A DNA stretch of 64,000 bases, taken from Spirogloea muscicola (taxonomy: Eukaryota). Positions 31,134 through 43,800 of the stretch are shown here, piece after piece (the first letter of the stretch is position 1; each line of letters starts with the position of its first letter). The translations under genes were made by a program, and so were the position numbers. Below the pieces are notes generated by a model. It saw only the letters and a program-made list of their open reading frames with translations, ran no database searches and had not been told where the DNA came from. The stretch spans positions 1,269,320-1,333,319 of the forward strand of contig WELB01000010.1 of NCBI GenBank assembly GCA_009602725.1, given 5' to 3'.

Positions 31134-34100
31134 ATGGCCATCCACTTCAAATTTAGGAGCGCTGTCGACTTTGACAGCCTGAATATTGATGGACATTTCA
31201 TCTCAGTTGGCAACTTGAAAGAGCGAATCATTGAGCACAAAAACCTCGGAAATGGCCTCAATTTTGACCTCGTCATTACGAATGCACAGACCTCAGAAGG
31301 TCGGATCTCGGTCCACGCTTAAGCCGTTATTCCACCTAAGTTTCGTACACAGCTGCAGCCTACAGATACATCAGCTGCGTGCGAGTGCAACAAAGCGAGG
31401 CACTGTGGCGCTTGCATTCCGAGTCTTCCATGACAACTCATGCCCTGTGCTTCTCGGTTATCATTGTTGTAGTAGCTTCACAGGCACGAGGGGTGATACG
31501 ACCTCTTTGAAGTACTTGTGGTTTCAGTGTTTAGTTCTTCCGTGGTCTAGAAGCCTGTACGTTGGTGACCTGCTGTGTCTCAGAAACTTGATCCAGAGTT
31601 CCTTGAAGGTTGCAGTGTAACAACTTGCAGATGCTTTCGAATTACAGATTACACTGACGACGCTTTTTTGGTGCCACGGAACACGAGTGTCATCATTAAG
31701 AGAGTTCCAGCAACGCGGTCTAGACCGGCCTTGCAGGCCCAAACAAAGTATCCCTCATTGTCCCTTATGGGACATGCTGCAAGTGCCATTGTGTGGGATG
31801 CTTCTTCTTTCAGCTAGTTTTCAAGGGATATCAAATGCCTATAACAGCAGTTGATGAGTGGTTGCTGCCACAAATTTTAGAGTTAATAGAGTAAACTAGT
31901 GCAGTTCTGCAATAGGACAGCATCTGGAAAGATGAAGACAGTCCGCATTTGCTACCCTGAAAGTATAGTGATACGCTGGCTTTGTTGCAGGTCGTCCAGC
32001 TCGCAGCAGCCTTCACCAGAGAAGGTACATCCCTGCTGCTACTTGTGATCCTCAGGCATCTGTAGGGAATGCTTAGGCTTTGACCTCATAATTTATTATG
32101 TCACACGAGATGTTTTCCAATCTTAGAGGTTGCAAGCTTGATCTATGTAGGTAGTCTACTGCGCTGATGGCTTTCCTAGGCATCTGCAGAGCACAGGGCC
32201 AATGACTACCAGCAGACCTGCTGCTGTGGAGGATGTCATGGATGACTTTGGAACGGACTTGTATGCAGTCCCAACACCTGTAGCATTGAAGAAGAGTGCT
32301 GTGGATTCGGATGAGGCAAGCAAGATCGCTGCCATGGTCAGCAAGGACTACTCTGACTGGCAGAGGTATATCATTGCAAGTAACATACAAGTCTTGAAAT
32401 CTGATGAGTTTATGCGCTGGGTGTCTCGACTAAATCTGGACGCTTGACCTGACCTCGACCTGACCTCTCTCTGGTCAGAGCGAGCCAGTAATCCATCCTG
32501 TACTTTCAAGATTCACTGCCTGCTCACACTAAGCACGTTCGGTTGGTGTGCAGACAAACCCAGGAAGCGGGTGTAGGTGGACGCGGCTTTGGCAGAGGTG
32601 GTTATGGGAAAGGCTCAGGAGGACGTGGTAGGGTCCGTGAAGCCTGCAACGAAGCATTGTGCAGTGAAGCTTCCTTCTTCGGAAGAAATGGGCTTCAGTT
32701 TCGATTGCAAATGCTTGCTCTGTGCTGTCCTTAATAGTGCCTGATAAATTGTCAGCGGCGTCCTGAGCACATTCGCAAGTTGTGGTATCGTTCACTAGGT
32801 CAGCAATTTGGCAGAACGTCTGCTCCTCCGGTTGGATACATCTGTCATCGCTGTGGCCAAGCAGGTGAAACTCAACGTTTACTGCACTACATTGCTGCTG
32901 TAACAACCTTCAATGCGCTAAATTGCCAGATTGACTCACTCCAATCCTTGGTCTGTCTTTGACAGCAACTATGGATAAGAGTGCAACTTACAGTACAAGT
33001 ATATATGCAGGTCATTACATTCAGCAATGTCCAACAAATGGTGATCCTGCTTATGACGCCAGAAGAGTAAAATTGCCTGTTGGGATACCCCGCACACGAC
33101 TTAAAGCCGATGAGGAGGGCACCTATATATTACCAGATGGCTCAGTTGCAACTATGCAGCCAGATGAGTAAGGGGCTGTGGTCTACCCACTATTATGTGT
33201 TGTTGTATGCAGCCAGACGAGTAAGGGGCTGTCGTCTACCCACTAATTTGTGTTGTTGTTAGTCAAACAAGAGCTGTAGCTGCTTACAGCTGCTGCTTGC
33301 TGCAGGCTCTGAATCGTATGGGTCTAGCATTACTGCTTGAGCAGCAAGGGCTGGTGGCACATTGTGACTGCATCTGCAAGTAGGACTCATTGGTCTCCTG
33401 TTTCGGCTACCATTGCTTCATTGCAGACAATCCTTTCGGAAGGAGGCAGATGTCTTTCTGTCCATGCGGCCTCAAGCTCTAGAAGTTCCTCCTGAGCTGC
33501 AGTGCCCGTTGTGCCACCGTATCTTTCGAGACGCCGTCTTGATTCCTTGCTGTCAGTATAGTTTTTGCGACCAGTGTAAGTAGTGGCAATATCCCTCATT
33601 GACAAGTATTGACCTTGGCACTATGTCTTATGAAAGATCACTTGCGCTAGCCTTATTGTGAACCTGAGGAAACTCGAGCTGAGCAGGGCCAATGCAATTT
33701 TAATTTCAAATTTAAGCTATTGGCTTCCGACAAGAAGCTGTGCAGAGTGTAAGGTGTCATTGCAGCAGGAGAACTTCTTTAGTTTGTAGGTTATCACTTG
33801 CTGAAAGCACGGTACATAGTATATTGACTTTCACATGAGTGTCTGCTAGTGCTTATGTAAGCTTAAGTCTTGTCATTCGGTATAATCCATTGCAAAGATA
33901 CTGTTGATATACTTATGTAGGGTGGCGACAAATCTTAGATCGAAAAGAAGGATCTGACTGCCAGAGAAATGATGTCCTGATCACGAGGTTCTCATGCTTG
34001 CAGGCATACGACAGGAGCTTATTACAAAAGGCAGGTGTCCACAGTGTGGGTCAACAAAATACAAGAATGATGACCTGCTACCAAATATTGCACTGCGGCA

Positions 34101-36740
34101 GGCGATTGAACGTTTTATGGAACAGCAGGTTGCCAGCGGCAGTGGAGCTGATGATCAATCAGGCCGCCCAAAAGGTGCCCTTTCCTTGTGATCTGAGCGT
34201 TGTGCAAGAGGCAAATGTCTTGTCAAGTTCCTGCACATGTGGTTTGCATAGGCGTAAGATCAACTGCATGTATGTTTTACAAAGTGCCGTTCTTTGCAGA
34301 GACTTCGTCAGCTCCTATCCGAGCTGTCTCTGGCACTACTCGATCGCAGCTGAGTGTACCACCTGCACTCAGTCGGCAGCAGTCTGACCGTGGCTCAGCT
34401 GAAAGCGCTCCAGCGGCCAGTGGCACTTCTCAGCAGGCTCCTCCTCCTTCAAAGCCAGAAGATAAGGAGGAGAAGGTGGCAGAGGCAACACCTGTAGTTG
34501 AGAGTCAGCAGACTGTCAAGCTAACAGATGCTTACGGAACACCAGAGCCAGATGCACTTCTTAGCAAGGAGAGAAGCAGGGAGAAGGCAACAAGCGATGT
34601 AAAACCTCTTGAGGAAGGATGTCAGTACACATACATCGCTCGCTTTTGCATGGAGGCATGATAGACATTGCAGGCATATAAGACATTGCTGTCTCCTTAA
34701 TCATGTCTGTATATACAGCGTAAGCTTCAGGCTTTCCGTGATGACGAGGCACACGTATCTATACAGTGGGTGGTTGTTACATATAGCTGCATGTGAATAG
34801 CTCAATTGACCTTATTAGCTGCCATGTTTTGTATACTTGCAGTCAAGAGGAGGAGGAAAAAGAAAATACGAACAGCTGTGCTGCCCGGTAAGCTGTCAAC
34901 TTTATCTCCCAGCCCAGTTCTGTATCGGCACTCATGGCAGCTGCCACTGTTGCCATCTGTCCAAACACCTGAAAATCTGTCCAAACACCTTACAAGTCTC
35001 TGTGTTTGCTTTGCAGGTCCTCTTGACAATGGAGGTGGCCATCTTGGTGCCCAGCATGTACGACACAGTCTCTTGCCTGACCGAGCAGCAATACCATGCA
35101 AGGAACTTTACGGTTCTGAGAGCTGCCTCGTCTTGGCTGCTTAACATCTCCTTGATGCAGTTCTCTCTGGTATGTGCAGATTGATGGCCGATGCCAGAAT
35201 TGTGGCAGCCGGGATCATATACTTCGAGACTGTCCTGATCAAAATATGCCTTTCCAGCATCCGCGTCCTGAAATCATTGGGCAAGGTGAGGAGTATGCAA
35301 CAACTGCGTGAGATCATCTCTATATATGCGGAAGTTGCTCTATCTTGCTGCACACCTCACATTGTTGAGCTGCGCACTGCGAACGGCTGTATGATGTTTC
35401 TGGCGATTAGCAAATGAGCATAGTCTGTATCACTCAAAGCCATGAGATGTGGTACATCGTCACAGGTAGTCGCATGCTGCCCGGGGCTGCAAGCCGGGAG
35501 TATTTCTGGGGGGGCGGAGCAGCAGGGCCTGTTCCCTTCATGCAGCAGGATTCTTACTTCAATCGCAACTTCATGGAGGGCAGCTTTTACAGGCCAGGGC
35601 TGGGGATGATGCCCTGGAATGGGCCCATGGCAGGCCCAAGCTTGCCATATGGGCCTTCTTTTGCACACCCACATTTTGGACCCGGACCCATGCAAGGGTT
35701 GGTGCCTAGGCTTTCAATAATCTGATTGCAGGACTTGGAGAGACGCATTTGAGCTATAGCAGAGAGGCAACATTTCATTGTGGTGTCACAGGTCTTGTAG
35801 ATTGTTAGTCATTTCCTCATCAAACTTACTGGAACTGTACATCCATATGCCGGCGTGCCAGGAGGGCTTCTTCAAAGTTGACATTGCAGCTGGGTCTGTC
35901 TGCAGGGGCTTCATGGGGGGGCTGCCAGGAATGCACATGGGCATGCCGCCGGGCATGCTGCCGGGAAGATTACCTGGCCCAGGATATCCGGTGGACACTC
36001 CTCCGCTCACTAGGGAGGAGTTCATGCTGATGCAGGATCGAGCACGGCGGCGGCTTTCAACAAGCGCTGCATTGGGGTCTGACCATCGGCAGGAGAGAAA
36101 ACGTAGAAGAGTTGAGCCGCCATTAGAGGCGGTCAAGCGCTTGCAGCAGCGCGAGGAGCGCAACGAGCGCAGCGATGCCCGGTCTGTTGAGCCCGCGCGG
36201 AAGCGGGAGAAGAAACGGCACGATGACGAGAGGGCTCAGGGGGATGAGAGCCTTGCAAATATCACGGGAGACTACAACAGCAAGGCTGTGAGAGTGGACA
36301 AGAGCAGCAGCCATGGTCGGCTCCTGCGGAAGGAAAAGAGTATTCGACGGTCAGGATCTAAAGGCAAGATTGACGGAGTCCAGGACGTTATTGAGGCGCC
36401 CAACGAGACGCCCAGCAGGCGGCACCACCACAAGCGCCGGCCAATGGAGGTTGAGGACCTAGTGGTGCCGTTCGAGGAGGAGAAGGGTAAGAAGGCCGGC
36501 GAGGGCAGGGGTCGCAGCGGCAGCGAAGGGGCAGGTGAGGACAGTAAGCCCTCTAAGGTCAAATACCAGAGCAAGAAGCAGCGTTCCAGCAGCAAGCAGG
36601 CTAATCAAAGCATGCCGGAAGCAGATGGCAGTAGTGCCGGAGATGACCGGTGGCCACTCGAAGATGCCAGTTCGCCTGCTGCTCTGCACTATGATTACCA
36701 TGTCAAGCACCAGGGTCACCACTCGCACTCTGGCAAGTAA
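31134..36740 (+). CDS. RBBP6: RBBP6/Mpe1-like E3 ligase and 3'-processing factor (DWNN, zinc knuckle, RING; PQT3-like)
   Basis: DWNN domain MAIHFKFRSAVDFDSLNIDGHFISV...|DYTDDAFLVPRNTSVIIKRVP; knuckle PPVGYICHRCGQA|GHYIQQCPTNGDP; VGIPR; RING CPLCHRIFRDAVLIPCCQYSFCDQC...CPQC; second knuckle CQNCGSRDHILRDCP; LTREEF; charged tail to 36740. Confidence 0.93.
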
Positions 36741-37449
36741 CTCTTAGAGAGACCAGTGCGCAAGTAAGCCTGGTGGCAGCGGATATCACATTGATATCCT
36801 TTAAATTGGACGCTCTGGACTTTGCAGTCACTGGATGAGGTTCCGAAGGCCTTGCGCCAGCTTTCAAGTTCCTTACTGCAGTCAAAGTTACTTTCGAGCC
36901 TGCTTATCCACATGAGAGGGCCACCATAGCATTGTACAGGGCGACACTGCACGTGCGCATATCATGTAACCGAAGAGTTGACGTGATGTTATGCAAATCT
37001 GGCCACAGTCAAGTTGCAACTCCCTTTTCCTTCAAGCTTTTGCAGGCAGTGAGTTTTGGCACGTGGAACCTGTGATAGACCTGATATTCAATAACAGGCT
37101 TCAATTCAATTCAAAGTGCTGTTGGACACCTGACATAAGTGGATAATTAAGCCAAGTGCGTTTGAGCATGGGGGCAAGAGAAATAGAGAAATGTCATTGT
37201 CAGCAATTAGTTGCTGCTAGGTGCATGGCCGCCGGGCGGGGAATAGACAATTGCTAGGAAGTCGGAGTGGTCAGGTCTGTACAACTTAAGCGGAGGTCTA
37301 TCACACTAGCTATTAATGCTCAATGTGGAAGGTAAACAGTAATCTGCTGAGCAAGTAGAGCCCAGCAGTCGGAGCTGGCGGCCGCAGCTCGGGGCTGCTG
37401 AAGCCAGCCATTCTCGGTCGCTATGTACATTCTAAGAGTGGTCCTGTGG

Positions 37450-37795
37450 CTACTCGGCGATGGCGGCAGCGTCGGCAACGGAGGCGGCAATGTGGTCGCC
37501 CAGTGCATGTGCGCGGCGAGCGAGTGTGCCCATCACAGCGCGCTTTTGGGTCTCCAGCTCCGCGAGCGCGAGCTGCAGGCGGCACTGGGCGGCGGCGCTC
37601 GCGGCGGCGTGCCGGGCGTCCAGCGCGGACGCCGCTGCGAGCTCGCGCCGGAGGAAGAAGGCAGCGGCGCAGGTCTCGACGCGGGCCTCCGCCACAACGG
37701 CCTCGGCCTTGGCCTGCAGCTCCGCGAGGACACCTGTGTGCTCCGGGGCCCCGGCGAGCCGCGCACGCACGGCGACGAGCGCAGGGGTCACTTCC

Positions 37796-37828
<33 letters not shown>

Positions 37829-38159
37829 NNNNNNNNNNNNNNNNNNNNNNNNNNNNNNNNNNNNNNNNNNNNNNNNNNNNNNNNNNNNNNNNNNNNNNNN
37901 NNNNNNNNNNNNNNNNNNNNNNNNNNNNNNNNNNNNNNNNNNNNNNNNNNNNNNNNNNNNNNNNNNNNNNNNNNNNNNNNNNNNNNNNNNNNNNNNNNNN
38001 NNNNNNNNNNNNNNNNNNNNNNNNNNNNNNNNNNNNNNNNNNNNNNNNNNNNNNNNNNNNNNNNNNNNNNNNNNNNNNNNNNNNNNNNNNNNNNNNNNNN
38101 NNNNNNNNNNNNNNNNNNNNNNNNNNNNNNNNNNNNNNNNNGGCGGCGGCGGCGGCCAT
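37450..38159 (-). CDS. Divergent chloroplast ATP synthase CF0-II (b', AtpG)-like coiled-coil protein; N gap inside
   Basis: VRARLAGAPEHTGVLAELQAKAEAVVAEARVE...LQLALAELETQKRAVMGTLARRAHALGDHIAASV aligns by eye with the C-terminal half of plant b' (KL..V...EL..QA.AV..AARAE...L..ALASLE.QK...I..L...I.ALS..I..KV). Putative ATG at 38159. Confidence 0.5.
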
Positions 38160-38949
38160 GGCGGCGGCTGCGGCGGCGACGGCGCCGGCGCAGTCGGGAT
38201 GGGCGCGGCTGAGGCGGCAGGTAGGCGGCCTGCAGGAAGCGGCGGGATAAGGCAGGCCCACGAGGGGGACGCGCGGCTGCCGATAGCTTGTCGGTAAGCC
38301 CTCAAGTTTGCCGTCAAGTATCCGTTCGTCTCCAGCACCTGGCTGCTCTTTGGACCTGGCGTGTCTTTGAAAGCCACCGGGCGTCTGCCGGTAAATGCAT
38401 TAAGCTTAGCGAGGAGTTAGCGGGGAGCTCGCAGCACCGCCCCCGATTGCGCCGCCGCGCAATCAGTGGCGCCGCCCCGCCGGCCACCCCCGTGGGGCAC
38501 GCCCGCCGGCCGCCGCTGTCCTCGATGTCGCTGTCTTCGTTGCAGCGGAATCACGGACTCTGTCAAACCTGCCTGCCGGCGAGATTAGGCGATATTGCTT
38601 CAAGCTCGCGGCAGCAGGGAAGACTAAATTCTCAAGGTCAGCTTCTGTGCGTCGCAACTTATAATTATCAAACGCGTCATCTGCGGGTGGCCGTGGGGCC
38701 CGGGGGACCGTGCGCCCGGGGATCACGGGTGGCACGCCCGATCGCAACCCCCATCGTACGGCCGCAGCGCGCCGAGCGGATCACGGCGTATCCTGGTCGC
38801 CCGTCACCGGCGACCAGCTGCCGTGGAACGACAGGGCCTGCCGCCGTCCCTTCGCCCCGGGGAGGGGCGCGTAGTCGGGCGGCCGCCGGCGGCTTTCCAC
38901 GCCCTTGCCCGACAGATTGACCGTTTGCCAGACCATCCGGTCGACCACC

Positions 38950-39905
38950 ACCTTCTGTGTAGTCCCATGCTTGCAAGTGAACTGAGACTAGCGGGGCTGC
39001 CTCGGGGTTACTAATTAATGACAGCTCTTCAAGTTGTGAGGCGTACTGAGCTCCTATATCCTGTAGTCCCTTACGCTGTGTGTTTTAAGCGCATTTGGCC
39101 TTCTGAACCTTGTCCATCTATCTTGGGCTGGCTTCCCACAGCCCCCGCCCCATTTGGAAGAGCTCACTTCTCATCCTTTGTTTGCCCTTCCTTGGAAAGA
39201 AGAAGTGGCTCTCCCAATGGGAGCAAGGGCTGTGAGAAGCCAGCCCGAAAAGAATTGACAAGGTTCGAAGGGGCCAAACTACGAGCTAAGCAGCGACTGC
39301 GGGGCCTGAAGAGGCTATGGCAGAACGGGGGAGGATGGACCACTTAGTAGTTACGAGTGAGGAGCCTCACATCCGACAGACTAGCTGCCGGTAAACTATC
39401 CCCCTTCCTTTGCTTCCTGAACGGAGCAAGCGCGGCCAGATTAACTGGTGGCTGGGAGAGGCGAAGGAATGGACTAGGTCTGAAGGAGCCGGAGTGCTAA
39501 GGACTGAGACAGCAGCAAGCGGACTCTCAGTAACCTCTAGTCAGTAGATGCAAATCTGAATAGCTAGCAGGCAGAAAGACGTCGCCCTGACGGAAGCCGG
39601 AGGCCGCTGCCAGAGCGCGGCCAGCGCGCAAGTGGACCGCGAAAGACAAGGACCGCTGCAAAGAGACGGCCAACCTCATCCGGTAGACTTGGGCGAGGTG
39701 AATGACCGGTATGCTGGACTCGGGCTCAGCCTCCGTGTAATATATATCTCTTGCGAAAAGATCAATCTTCCACACTGCGGCCCAACTTTGTGGCAGCCCG
39801 CTCGAACTGAGAGAAGGCGCGCTGTGCGCATGAAGTTGGAAAGGAGGCCGATCCTAGCCTTACGAATGTCCTGGTAACGGGGTAATGAGTTGGCTAAGGG
39901 GGGCA
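38950..39905. mobile_element. Chain of truncated CRE-like retroelements (one + copy tail-to-tail with two tandem - copies)
   Basis: The + copy ends LAGLPRGY* (39014) with a hairpin at 39125. A - copy at 39197-39390 ends AASLSDVRLLTRNY*. A - copy at 39424-39903 ends RMRLAVSLQRSLSFAVHLRAGRALAAASGFRQGDVFLPASYSDLHLLTRGY*. Confidence 0.8.
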
Positions 39906-42900
39906 CTAATATCCTCGAGTGAGCACGTACATATCTGACAAGCTAAGCTGAGGAGCCAGACCACCACCACGGAAGCCATTAGCTTGGCCCAATGCACGCC
40001 CAGCACGCTGGTGTGTCGCGAGTGCCTGGGAGCGCTGTAGACTCAATGACAGCCGCAGTCTACAGCAGGCAACGATGGCTTGCGGGACGCTAGAATGCCC
40101 TAAGCTACCCGCCTACCCACCCGATATCTTTTTCCGCCCGACTTCGTCGGTGGGCATCGACATGCTGTGCCAGGCCATGGAACTGCAGTGGCAGGCCTCC
40201 TCCTGCTCCAAGGTGCTCTCTCAACACTTTGTACTTCGGCCGCTCAGGCCCTCTGCCTGCAAAGCCAAGATTTTCACATCGCCAGCAGCTCATATACACA
40301 ACTACGTCTACAAGAATGCCTTTCACTGGCTGTCAGCTGCGGATTCGATGCAGCTAATCTTGATATCTGTCTCAGATCCATCTCGTAATGAGCGAGCTGC
40401 CCAGCCTTAGACGAGGTGTACAACCTGAACGGGCACTTTCTTGAGCGAACACGCTGTCAATGGCCGCACGAAGCTGCACTGCGCGTGCATGCTAACTCAG
40501 CTTTTGCTATGTTCTGCCCCCTCTGGCCGCCTCGGTATGTGAGCAGCTCTTGGCCGACCTGCCCGCTAGGCCGGAGATGGCGGTGGAGACTTCAGGCCAG
40601 CTGCAGCTTGTGACGGCCATGGACATGCCTTCGTTCTTGGAACCGTCCCGCTTAGTGTATTCTCTCTATCCTCTGGCTGAGAAGTACCTATCCTTTGAGG
40701 GTGCTAAACAACTTCGAGCATCAACATACCCCCTGGTCTGTGCACTGCATCTACGTATTGAATACAGTGTACCACATTTCCCCCTTTGCCCGCTGCCCAA
40801 ATCAGCCCAATATCGAGTTTCTGAGAGAAGCTGAGCACAAAGTCAGCGAAGTAAGCACGGGCGTGTTGCAGCACCACATTCTGGTCATATACGTCTCCGT
40901 CAGGACATGTGCATCGTGCTATAAGCTTTGCTCTTTTTAGCCAGCAGGATATCCTCTCTGAAATATGTGCTAATATCGACCCAAGCTGACCGACCAAGCA
41001 TGCCATAGTTTGTAACAAGGACAAGCTAAGGAGCACTGAGAACATCACTGTACCATCGCCTGAGACGACTGATCGCAAGGAAGACTCACAGGAGCTGCTG
41101 CACGACTGCTTGACCCAAACATAGTACGAGGATTGGCAATGTGGAATGCTAATGGCGTTTGGTGTGCCGCAGCAAGACCAAAGAGCCGCCTGTCCACCAC
41201 AAAATTGACAACCTGGCCTACAAGAGTATAGCCCTGACGGGAGCCATATACAGTGACTAGCGCCCAAGTGGTCTTGCAGATGCAGGGCTGTAGCATGAGC
41301 GGTTGTTAGTCGACGGGCTGATGTGATTGTTGTCCTCTACCAGGACCTGTTCCAGAGATGCAGTCTGTGTACCACTCAGCTCAGATTACCACTCCCAATG
41401 CCACAAGCAACCAAGTCAAAGCAACGTGACAGGGTCATATTAAGCATTGCAACAAACAGAAGGACTGGCAGATCTGGCCCTTTACCTCCTTTCCTTTTGG
41501 ATTATCATATATCTTTCCCCACCCTTGCTTTTCGTGCTTCTTATTGAAAATCAGGTCAAAAATGGTGCTCCAAGTGTGTCTGTAGCCTTGTATACATTGA
41601 ATGAGCAAGTAATCGAATTTTCATAGACAAGCAAAGCAGCAGGTAGCCCATAGAACACGTCTGACTGACCGAGACTTCCTTGCAATTGCAATGCATGCCC
41701 ATTGCGGTTGCGAAGAAAGAGTGCCATGCCAACCTCAATCCCCCCTGAAAAGGCTAAGTGGTAAGTGGCCCACTTGCCTTGGGCCGAGCTGTCACATACA
41801 TTGAAGCTCAGCAATCAAATGTCAGATAACCATTGCTCAATCGAACATATTGCAATTGACCGGAGTTGCGCCCACCTAGGCTGATATAGACACCAACTTT
41901 AAGATCATCGGAAATCCCATCATAGTCATTCACGTCGGATGCAGAATACCTGGGCGATAACACCCCTGTAGCTTCCAGAGTAGGCCGTCAAAAAGCAAGT
42001 CTGCACATCACAGGCATCAGTGCTGTGAACATTAGAAAGGTTGTGTTGTTGGTAACAGGCCAGGCAGGCATATACTCTCAAGTTCACTAACATGAGTGCT
42101 CCTTAGGAACCAGTAACAGCTTGATAAGCATGGTAGTAGCGATGACGGTTGACAATGACTCCCATCTGAGTATGCGTTTTACTACACCCCTCAAAGGTAG
42201 TGCGTTATCGTATATACCCTTCCTTGAACATCTCAAATGACAAGCAAATGAAATTAATGCACATCATTTGTGTGCAGACTTGCTATCCACCATATTGTGA
42301 GATGGTTACCAACCAGAACAGCTATACCCTGTGACTGATTCAGTAGGGTGAGGCCTCATCTGTCTGACATATATACACTACTTCGATGACGGTGTCTAAA
42401 TTCTACATCCTTCTCAATCCAAGTGTTGGACACTGCTGCAGAAGGTCTGACATCAGAGCCTTGAAGTCCAAGTAGTGGATGATACCGGACAGTGAGCCAA
42501 CTCTGCTGATCAACACATTGATGCCATTCTAATGGCGCTCTGTATTACTGACCATTTTTATCTAGAATGCCAGTGGAACATCTCCTTGGCATCCATTCCA
42601 GTTCTCGCTTATAAATGCTAGCCAAACCTTACGCGACTTGTATGACATCTCTTTGAGCAACATTGGCGAACATGTAAGCTGCAGTATGTAGACATGGATC
42701 CTTCATCATGCGTGCCAGCCCAGAACTTGTCTGCAATCATATGAGAAGAGGCTTCAATATGTCAATGACAACATCCTAGACCAAGTTGCAGTGTAGGACA
42801 ACTCTTTGCCACTGTAAAATTTGTGTGAGGCAGTATGACCCTTCTAATATGATTGTCAGCCGTTTACATGCTGAAACTTTGTCCAACAAGGCTGACCCAT

Positions 42901-43600
42901 GCTCTTCCAAGCCTAGAATTCTGCAGTGTTGAAAAGTCACCACCAACAGTAGACCACGTTGAGCAGCACTCTACTTATACATGTGACTGCACACTAAGAA
43001 GGCTAATTTTCTCTGCTAAAGTCCACTGACGAATATGTTGCTCAGCTCCTCCTTATCATGATTAGCTAGCAATATCAGTCCTTTTACTCTGCAACTTGGA
43101 CCAACTTTCTGATAGTCAATGACAGTGAAGCTTTCTCACCATTGTTGCACAAATTTCAGACTAATATCCAAGAAGAGGAACACTCAGACCAGGCTTACAG
43201 CTGCCCTTTCCCTCTGGTTCTTAGGTGAAGATGGGTCATGCTAACACCTTCACAGAAGGATGTGGCTGCCTTATCTGAGCAAGGCCTGAAGCAGATGCTG
43301 AAGGAAGGTCTAGCCCCTTGGCTTCTTATGAATGCCTGAGGTTGTGACTTTATCAAGAAGGTGCAACTTCGACAGGTGAGGAGTGGCTCATTCGTTGAAA
43401 TCAGTACATTGTAAGTGACAGACCTACTCTTGTGGTTCGCAATACTGGGATCGGAGTATAAGCTCTTGTCACTGGGGTTGTGGAGTAAGTGCTACCACGC
43501 AATGCATTACCTCAAGGGATAATCCTGCTCTGAAGGGTAGGCTGACGTCTAAGCCATATCAAGGTGGCACTCACCTACATCCCAAGCTGGACAACAGTGC
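39906..43600 (-). mobile_element. Long, heavily decayed non-LTR retrotransposon (RLE end supported; upstream RT region only inferred)
   Basis: Ends RAGRALGQANGFRGGGLAPQLSLSDMYVLTRGY* at 39906 and has the RLE motif GILVDVVV...GFAGRGPERPKYK at ~40240-40326. The upstream ~3 kb is ORF-poor with weak RT-like fragments (LLLVPK, LGAPF). The 5' limit is uncertain. Confidence 0.45.
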
Positions 43601-43800
43601 GGCTGCGTAACAAGCAAGACCTTCAAGGAGACGTCTGCTGGACAGCCCTGTGGGCTCAGGGCTGTCCGGCACACGCCCTTCTTCACAAGGCAAAACCAGA
43701 GTAATGGCCAAAAGCAGCGGAGCATCTCCGTGCTGCTGCTCTCAAGTTAGTGCCAACGAGGGATATGAAGGTAGAGCAGAGCATAGTACCTAGCACCTAC

